Assembly (NCBI GenBank): GCA_037443385.1 | Contig: JBBIOL010000003.1 | Span: 2,542 to 66,541, forward strand | Reading direction: 5' to 3' | DNA: 64,000 nucleotides | Source of the DNA: Anaeromyxobacteraceae bacterium | GTDB lineage: Bacteria; Myxococcota; Myxococcia; Myxococcales; Anaeromyxobacteraceae | Shown here: one piece after another, positions 58,195 to 64,000 of the stretch | How positions within the stretch are numbered: the first letter of the stretch is position 1 | Layout: the number at the start of each line of letters is the position of its first letter | Notes under the pieces: model-generated | Told to the model about the DNA's origin: nothing | The model's database searches: none | The model's input: only the letters and a program-made list of their open reading frames with translations | Program-made: the position numbers and the translations under genes

Positions 58195-59172
58195 TCAGCC
58201 GGCCTGGCGGAGCCGCCGCTGGGCGATCTGCCGCCGGACGATCTGCCGCCGGATGGGGACGAGCCGCGTGGCCTCGCACGCCCCGCCCCGGCCGCAGCCG
58301 GCGAGGCAGGCGCGCAGCTTCCGCCGCGCCCGCTCCTCGAGCTGCCGCGCCCGCTCGCGGCCACAACCCAGCCGCTCGCCCACCGCCTGCAGCGTGAGCG
58401 GGGGCTCGCTCATCACCCGGAGCTCGATGACCAGCCGCTCCCGCTCGTCCAGGCAGGAGAGCGCGGCCCGCACGCGACGGCAGTCGATGGCGCTCTCCTC
58501 GGCGATGCTGAGCTGGTCGTCCTGGCGGGCCTCCCCGGAGGGGATGACCTCCTGGACCGGCGCGCCGCCCTGGGTCGCCGGCGCGTCGAGCGAGACGTCC
58601 CGGGAGTCGAGCCGGCGCCGCATCTCCTCCACCGCGGCCGGCTTCACCCCCAGGCAACGGGCCAGGAGCGGGACCATCCGCGCCGCGGCCTCGTCGGTGG
58701 AGTCGCCGAGCTCGTGGGCCAGCGCGGCCTCGGTCCGGTGCAGGGAGTAGAAGAGCTTCCGCTGCCCGACCGTCGTGCCGACCCGCACCATCGACCAGGA
58801 GCGCAGGATGTGGTTCAGGATGCGCGCCCGGATCCAGGTGACGGCGTAGGAGATGAGGCGGACCTTCCGGTCGGGGTCGAACCGCTCGACCGCCTGGACG
58901 AGCCCGAGGTTCCCCTCCTGGACGAGGTCGGCCAGCCGGACGTTTCCGGAGGCGTACTCCCGGGCCACCCGGACGACGAAGCGCAGGTTTCCGCGGACGA
59001 GCCGCTGCGCGATGCGCGGGTCCCGGGTCCGGCGGTAGGCCTCTGCGAGCGCGAGCTCCTCCTCCGGCGTGAGCAGCGGGATCTGCCGGATCTGGGAAAG
59101 GTAGAGGTCGAACGGGTCGACCGCGCGCGACGCGGTGGCGGTCATGGCGAACCCGGGACGGGATTCGTGCAC
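58195..59172 (-). CDS. Sigma-70-family RNA polymerase sigma factor, RpoH-like, with a Cys/Arg-rich C-terminal extension
   Basis: It has regions 2-4 (LVQEGNLGLVQAVERFDP, ISYAVTWIRA, LDERERLVIELR...LQAVGERLG.GRERARQLE) and an RpoH-box-like GQRKLFYSL. The start is GTG 59172 or ATG 59145. Confidence 0.85.
   Translation of the reverse strand: MHESRPGFAMTATASRAVDPFDLYLSQIRQIPLLTPEEELALAEAYRRTRDPRIAQRLVRGNLRFVVRVAREYASGNVRLADLVQEGNLGLVQAVERFDPDRKVRLISYAVTWIRARILNHILRSWSMVRVGTTVGQRKLFYSLHRTEAALAHELGDSTDEAAARMVPLLARCLGVKPAAVEEMRRRLDSRDVSLDAPATQGGAPVQEVIPSGEARQDDQLSIAEESAIDCRRVRAALSCLDERERLVIELRVMSEPPLTLQAVGERLGCGRERARQLEERARRKLRACLAGCGRGGACEATRLVPIRRQIVRRQIAQRRLRQAG
58225..58254. repeat. Tandem 15-bp duplication GATCTGCCGCCGGAC/GATCTGCCGCCGGAT inside the 3' end of the sigma gene
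   Basis: Read directly from the sequence. It encodes the duplicated RRQIV/RRQIA peptide. Confidence 0.9.
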
Positions 59173-59361
59173 GGTGGGCCTGCGGTTGCGGGCATTGCCG
59201 ACATGGGTCTCCCCCTGCGGCCCGCGTTTCCCGGGGATCCGGGTGCGACAAATCGCCGCAGGCCTGACCCCCCAGATCTGAACATTTGACGTGCATCAAG
59301 CCAGTACCGTAAATGAGCGAAAAATAATTGTATTTGTTGTCCCTGGAACGGGGGATGCGCT

Positions 59362-59398
59362 CCGCCCCTGGACGCCGGGTCCGGCGCGCCAGGGGCGG
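59362..59398 (-). terminator. Perfect 10-bp inverted repeat (CCGCCCCTGG ... CCAGGGGCGG, 17-nt loop) immediately after the stop of the PKD lipoprotein gene
   Basis: Read directly from the sequence. It is terminator-like but has no adjacent U-tract; a T-run lies about 45 nt downstream on the minus strand. Confidence 0.45.
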
Positions 59399-59402
59399 GG
59401 TC

Positions 59403-61469
59403 TCACCTCGCGTAGGTGAAGCGCTTCACGAGCCCGCAGAAGCCGCCGGACTCGCCGTCGACCACCCACGTGCCCGGCCAGCGCAGGTCCATGAGGTAGC
59501 CACCGGCGGTGGTCGCGGCCACCGGCACGTCCAGGCTCACCGGGCCGGGCGGGATGTTCTGCGGCGAGCCCGACGCAACGAGGGCGCGGGTGGCGGGCTC
59601 GTAGCCGTACAGGATCGCGCGCGGGTAGATCCCGATCATCGGCGCGATGCCCACGTTCAGCGTCAGGTCGGCCGTGGTGGAGAGGTGAAGCGGCGCCGCC
59701 GGTGGCGCGGCCGGGACGAGCACCGATCCCATGGCGGGGCTGGAGGTGACGACCACGTCGGTGGGGCAGGGGAAGACGAGCGTGCGCTGCTCGAGCTTCC
59801 CGTTCACCGTGGCCGTGGCGACGAGGACGATCCGGCCGCCGCTGCCGACGACCGGCTGCGGACCGGCCGGGTCGACGCGGAAGTACGCGCCGTTCAGGGC
59901 CGGATCGCGGAGCAGCGCGACGCCGTTCAGCGTCACCACCGTGCCGGCCGGCGGGATGAAGTTGCCGCTGCTCACCGATCCGAACGTGACCACGACGAGC
60001 CCCTGCACCGTGGGCTCCCCGAGCGCCGGATCGACGACGTAGAGCCCCTGCGCCGCCCCCATCTGCCAGCGGTTGCTGCCCGATCCGCCGGTCGGGGGCG
60101 GGTTCGGGTCGAACGGCGCCGGCGCGGGGGTCCCCGGCGGCGGTGGGAAGCTCGCGCCGGCGGGGTTCACCGTGACGGTCACCGTCGCCGGGGCCGACGC
60201 GGCGCTCGCGTCGGCGACCACGAGCGCGAAGACCAGCGTGGCCGGAGGGGAGCCCGAGGCCACCGCCGGCGCGGTGAAGACCGGGCGCGCGGCGACCGTG
60301 GACGAGAGCGCGACGGTCGGGCCGGAGAGCTGGGACCAGGCGAAGGAGATGGCCTGCCCGTCGGGGTCGGCGCTCCGGCTGCCGTCGAGCGTGACCGACG
60401 CGCCGGAGGCGACCGCCTGCGCGGCGCCGGCGTCGGCGATCGGGGCGGGGTTCGCCGCCGGCGGTGCGCTCACCGTCACCGAGACGGTGGCCGGCGCCGA
60501 CGCTCCGCCCGCGCCCGTCACCACGAGCGAGAACCCGAGCACCACCGGGGCCTGCCCGGCGCCGAGCACCGGCGCCACGAACGACGGGTGGACGGTCGCG
60601 GCACCGGCCAGGGTCACCGGCGGTCCGGCCGACTGGCTCCAGGCGTAGGAGAGGGGCGACGCCGCTGGATCGCTGCTCCCGCTGCCGTCGAGCGTGACCG
60701 TGGCGCCCGAGGCGACCGCCTGGTCCGGGCCGGCGCTCGCGAGCGGCGGGAGGACGGGCGGTGGCGGCGGGGGTGGGCCCGCACCGGGCAGGACGGTGAT
60801 CGACACCGTGGCGGGAACGGAGGTCCCGCCCGTGCTCGTGACCACGAGCGAGAAGGCGAGCACGGCCGCCGGCTGCCCGGAGGCGACCGCGGGAGCGGCG
60901 AAGGAGGGGTGGGCCGTGGCGCCGCCGGAGAGCGCCACCGCCGACCCGGCGACCTGCACCCACTGGAAGAGGAGCGGGAGCCCCGCCGGGTCGGTGCTGG
61001 CCGAGCCGTCGAGCGCGACGGTCGCGCCCGAGTCCACGGTCCGGTCGGCGCCGGCGTTCGCCACCGGCGGAAGGACCGCCGCCGGTGCCGGCGGGTTCAC
61101 GGTCACGGTCTCGGCCGCCGGGTCCGAGGTCCCGTTCTGGCTCGTCACCACCAGGGAGAAGGAGAGGGAGGCAGCCGGCTGGCCGGCGGCCACGGTCGGA
61201 GCGGTGAAGGTCGGTCGTGCGCTGGCCGCGTCGGAGAGCGCGACCGCCGGCCCGGCCGACTGGGTCCACCGGTAGGAGACGGGCATGCCCGCGGGGTCGC
61301 TGCTTCCGCTTCCGTCGAGCGCCACCCGGCTGCCCGAGTCGACGGCGAGATTCGGCCCGACGCGCGCCACGGGAGGCTGGGAGCCGCCGCCGCCGGTGGC
61401 GGGCGGGGTGGATCCCCCGCAGGCGAGGCACAGGATCGGGACGAGGAGCGCGAGGTGGAACGGCCTCAT
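59403..61469 (-). CDS. Exported (probable lipo)protein with four PKD-like repeats and an unknown roughly 250-aa C-terminal domain
   Basis: 688 aa from ATG 61469 (GGAGG upstream), with the signal peptide MRPFHLALLVPILCLACGG. It has four repeats of ..VALDGSGSSDP.....SY.W.QSAGP.V.L... Confidence 0.75.
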   Translation of the reverse strand: MRPFHLALLVPILCLACGGSTPPATGGGGSQPPVARVGPNLAVDSGSRVALDGSGSSDPAGMPVSYRWTQSAGPAVALSDAASARPTFTAPTVAAGQPAASLSFSLVVTSQNGTSDPAAETVTVNPPAPAAVLPPVANAGADRTVDSGATVALDGSASTDPAGLPLLFQWVQVAGSAVALSGGATAHPSFAAPAVASGQPAAVLAFSLVVTSTGGTSVPATVSITVLPGAGPPPPPPPVLPPLASAGPDQAVASGATVTLDGSGSSDPAASPLSYAWSQSAGPPVTLAGAATVHPSFVAPVLGAGQAPVVLGFSLVVTGAGGASAPATVSVTVSAPPAANPAPIADAGAAQAVASGASVTLDGSRSADPDGQAISFAWSQLSGPTVALSSTVAARPVFTAPAVASGSPPATLVFALVVADASAASAPATVTVTVNPAGASFPPPPGTPAPAPFDPNPPPTGGSGSNRWQMGAAQGLYVVDPALGEPTVQGLVVVTFGSVSSGNFIPPAGTVVTLNGVALLRDPALNGAYFRVDPAGPQPVVGSGGRIVLVATATVNGKLEQRTLVFPCPTDVVVTSSPAMGSVLVPAAPPAAPLHLSTTADLTLNVGIAPMIGIYPRAILYGYEPATRALVASGSPQNIPPGPVSLDVPVAATTAGGYLMDLRWPGTWVVDGESGGFCGLVKRFTYAR
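60162..61376 (-). repeat. Four tandem PKD-like coding repeats (about 100-aa period)
   Basis: These are residues about 32-436 of the lipoprotein. The repeats are mutually similar at both the protein and DNA level. Confidence 0.7.
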
Positions 61470-61525
61470 GGAGGACCTCCGGGAACTCGAATGGGCGTGG
61501 CGAAGCGTCGCTCCGGGTGCCGGGG

Positions 61526-62470
61526 TCACGGGAGCCTCCCCTCGGCGAGCGACTTCAGGCGGGAGAGCCCCGCGTCGAGCTGGCTCGCCTCCAGGCCCTG
61601 GTCGCCGGATGCGGTCCAGGTGACCCGCGTGTGGTCCCCGTCGGGATGGAGCTGGAAGCGGAGGTCGTGGGTCCGGGGCGAGGGCCCCCCCGTGCCCAGC
61701 TCGAGCTCGAGGTCGACCGAGTCCGGGCCGAGCGCCACGACCGTCATGCGCGCCTGGCGCTCGCCGTCCGGCCAGTAGAGGCTCGCGCCCACGCCCGACG
61801 CCGCGCCTCCGGGCCGGGCGGACCCCTTGGCAGTGCCAGCCCAGGGAGACCACGCCCACCATCCGGCGGGGTCGGCGATGCGGTCCCGGAGCGCGCCGGC
61901 CGGGGCCGCCACCACCGTGGTCGCCTCGGCCCGGCGGATCTCGGTCCGCGGGAGCGCCTCGGTGGCGGAGCGGAACCGATCGAGCTGCTGCTCCAGCGTG
62001 CGGACCAGGGCGTGGCGCCGCGAGAGGACCCACAGCGCCCGGTCGAGCGGGCCGTTCTCTCCGAGCACCGTCCAGGTGAGCCGGGAGCCCGAGCCGGACG
62101 GGACGACCCGCAGCTCGAGGTCGGACGCGGAGCGGCGGGGCGCCTCGGTCTCCAGCTCCAGGTCGAGCCGCCCGGGGCCGATGCCCACCACGGTCATGCG
62201 CCCCCTTCCGACCGCCGGGCCGCCCGACCAGTAGTAGGTCGCCCCCGGGCTGCCCGGCCTGCCGCCGTAGCTCCGGGAGATGCGTGGGTCACGCGACTCC
62301 GTCGGTGTCCACGCCACCCAGCGCTGCAGGTCGGAGAGCTGCTCCAGGACCGTCTCGGGAGGCGCCGCCACCAGGACCGACCGCTCGACGCGGTAACCGG
62401 CCGGTACGGCCAGGACGCCGGCGGCGCCCAGGAGGAGGGGTACGGCCACTGCGAGCGCGAACTTCCACAT
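61526..62470 (-). CDS. N-terminally anchored protein with two SRPBCC domains (paralog of 57195-58181)
   Basis: 314 aa. A TM helix is followed by YRVERSVLVAAPPETVLEQLSDLQRWVAWTP...GRGRMTVV... and a second copy WWAWSPW...ARMTVVALG. Confidence 0.7.
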   Translation of the reverse strand: MWKFALAVAVPLLLGAAGVLAVPAGYRVERSVLVAAPPETVLEQLSDLQRWVAWTPTESRDPRISRSYGGRPGSPGATYYWSGGPAVGRGRMTVVGIGPGRLDLELETEAPRRSASDLELRVVPSGSGSRLTWTVLGENGPLDRALWVLSRRHALVRTLEQQLDRFRSATEALPRTEIRRAEATTVVAAPAGALRDRIADPAGWWAWSPWAGTAKGSARPGGAASGVGASLYWPDGERQARMTVVALGPDSVDLELELGTGGPSPRTHDLRFQLHPDGDHTRVTWTASGDQGLEASQLDAGLSRLKSLAEGRLP

Positions 62471-62524
62471 GACGGCTCCCGGGGCGGGCGAAGGACACGG
62501 GTGCGGTTCGAGGACGACGGGACG

Positions 62525-62551
62525 CCGGGGGGTGGAGGGAGCACCCCCCGG
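62525..62551 (-). terminator. Perfect 8-bp GC hairpin (CCGGGGGG-11 nt-CCCCCCGG) 16 nt after the stop of the partial PKD-family gene
   Basis: Read directly from the sequence. There is no U-tract. Confidence 0.35.
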
Positions 62552-62566
62552 CGGCCGCGGCCGGGC

Positions 62567-64000
62567 CTACTGACGGATCTTGTCCAGTCCGTGCGGTGGG
62601 CTCGTGCCGTTCAGGTTCGACTTCACCGTGAGGGGCGTGGCCTGGCAGGGCGTCGCGAAGGCGCCGCTCGGCGGGTTGCAGGCGGGCGGCGGAGCGCCCA
62701 CCAGCGTGATGACGTAGAGGCCGCCGCCGTTGTTGGTGAGCGTGTTCCCGAGCGCGGTCGGGTCGAAGGTGCCGCTGGGAGGACACGCCACCTGCCCGGC
62801 CACGGTCTGGCAGGCGTAGGGCTGCAGCGTGAGCACCACGTTCGGGCTGGTCACCGACGAGCTGGCGTTCACGATGAGCCGCTGCTTGCCGGTGCGGTAC
62901 TCGGTGGCGGTGATGGCCACGTTGTCCGGGACCGGCTTCACGGTGACGGTGGTAGTCGCCGGCGCGGAGGTCGCTCCGCCGGTGTTGGTCGCGGTGACCG
63001 ACACCGTGACCGTGGAGGGCGTGACCTGGCCGATGGGCAGGGTCGGGGCGGTGAAGGTGACCTGCGCCGTGCAGGTGTTCGCGCTCACCACGCCGCAGGA
63101 GGCGCTTCCCACCTTGAGGTTCAGGAGCGCCGGGGTGCCGGTCTGGGTGACCGCGAAGGTGAGCTTCTGCGGGGGGGCGTTCGGATCGGTGGCCGAGACG
63201 GTGAAGGCCGCGTTGATGGCCCCGGAGAAGACCGCGACCGGGCCGATGGGCGCCACGGTGGGCGTGCCGGCGGCGTTCACGGTCACCGAGGTGGAGGCGG
63301 TGCTGGTCCCGCAGGCGTTCGTCACCGTGAGCGACACCGTCACCGGCGGCGTCGCGCCGAGGGCCGAGTAGGTGGCCACGGCCAGGTTGGCGTTCGCGAT
63401 CGACCCGCTGCTCGCCGTCCAGGCGTAGGTGAACGGCGCCGTGCCGCTCGCGCTACCGGTCAGGTTGACGGTGCCGCCGGAGGCGACGGTGTACGGGCCC
63501 CCGGGGATGGCGGTGGGCGCCACGCAGGCCGGCGTGGGCACCACGTTGCTCGGCCAGGGGTCGAGCACCTTCGCGAGCGTGCCGCCCGAGGAGACGTAGC
63601 CGCCCTTGGTGAGGAAGTCGATGCTGTTGAAGTTGTTCTCGACGATGGGAGCGCCGGGGATGTTCTCCGGGAAGATGTACTCGCCGATGGGTGCGTGGTA
63701 CTGGCCGTAGAAGATCCCGTTCGCCGACGTCTTCGCGGTGACGAGCCCTGGCACCTGCGACTGCTGTCCCTCGATCACCGCCCGCACCTCGCGGGCCGGC
63801 GGCAGGAAGGTGCCCGCCGGGGGCGGCGTGCAGGACTTCTGGTCGGCGACGGTGGCCGTGCAGGGCGGCCGGAAGCGCCAGCGCCCCTTCACCGCGCCGG
63901 TCGGAGCGCCAGGATCCACGCCGATGGTGCCCCAGTCGCGATCGGTGGTGTTGCCCGTGGCCGGATCGAGGTCCACGCCGTAGAGGTGGATGTTGCGGGT
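62567..64000 (-). CDS. Secreted PKD/Ig-repeat protein, paralog of 51962-54592; 5' end lies outside the window
   Basis: The frame stays open to position 64000 (…TRNIHLYGVDLDPATGN…). The track's 'M' at 63976 is an internal GTG. Confidence 0.7.
   Translation of the reverse strand, partial: TRNIHLYGVDLDPATGNTTDRDWGTIGVDPGAPTGAVKGRWRFRPPCTATVADQKSCTPPPAGTFLPPAREVRAVIEGQQSQVPGLVTAKTSANGIFYGQYHAPIGEYIFPENIPGAPIVENNFNSIDFLTKGGYVSSGGTLAKVLDPWPSNVVPTPACVAPTAIPGGPYTVASGGTVNLTGSASGTAPFTYAWTASSGSIANANLAVATYSALGATPPVTVSLTVTNACGTSTASTSVTVNAAGTPTVAPIGPVAVFSGAINAAFTVSATDPNAPPQKLTFAVTQTGTPALLNLKVGSASCGVVSANTCTAQVTFTAPTLPIGQVTPSTVTVSVTATNTGGATSAPATTTVTVKPVPDNVAITATEYRTGKQRLIVNASSSVTSPNVVLTLQPYACQTVAGQVACPPSGTFDPTALGNTLTNNGGGLYVITLVGAPPPACNPPSGAFATPCQATPLTVKSNLNGTSPPHGLDKIRQ

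Noticed and set aside
59344-59358. TGGAAC-N5-ATGC, another sigma-54-like match on the plus strand.
   Set aside because: It points into the 3' end of a convergently oriented gene, so there is no plausible downstream target. It is probably a chance match.
60162-61376. Regularly spaced repeats that might suggest a CRISPR array or a minisatellite.
   Set aside because: The repeats are about 300 bp, are contiguous with no unique spacers, and are in frame within a long high-GC3 ORF encoding PKD-like domains.

Overview
This is a very GC-rich bacterial chromosomal segment; codon third positions are almost always G/C. The proteins look myxobacterial (Anaeromyxobacter-like), but that is a guess I cannot verify without a database search.

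I call about 50 protein-coding genes. I found no rRNA, tRNA, CRISPR array, transposase or integrase. The six-frame track is dominated by long spurious antisense or out-of-frame ORFs, which is typical of high GC. I chose genes by recognisable family motifs, GC3 and start context. There are many GTG starts and 4-nt ATGA/GTGA stop-start overlaps.

Layout:
- 1-6.1 kb (-): Liv-type binding protein, paaK, ACT protein, paaK, iorB, iorA.
- 6.2-8.2 kb (+): ptb-buk, followed by gdhA (-).
- 9.6-34.5 kb: a pseudo-KaiC/PEP-binding fusion protein; etfB-etfA, an MBL hydrolase and TerC; a methyltransferase-PAP2-Lgt triple-fusion membrane protein; prolyl oligopeptidase; EamA transporter; ferritin-like protein; beta-CASP hydrolase; RluA-family synthase; PBP1A; EVE protein; tatA/tatC; thiolase; a rhomboid-like protein; YgiQ.
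- 34.6-47.8 kb (-): the most interesting region, a tightly coupled seven-gene operon whose products all carry export signals. It is led by a 2,199-aa multicopper-oxidase-like giant. That is followed by a YVTN beta-propeller, two SCO1/SenC copper chaperones, a Cys-containing anchored protein, a cytochrome c/periplasmic-binding-protein fusion and a parvulin PPIase. A 477-bp low-GC control region is shared with a divergent LssY-like lipoprotein gene.
- 49.6-51.6 kb (+): bioA-bioD.
- 52-64 kb: the second unusual region. It holds paralogous secreted PKD-repeat proteins, an 806-aa dihaem peroxidase (CCP/MauG family), two anchored double-SRPBCC proteins and an RpoH-like sigma factor.
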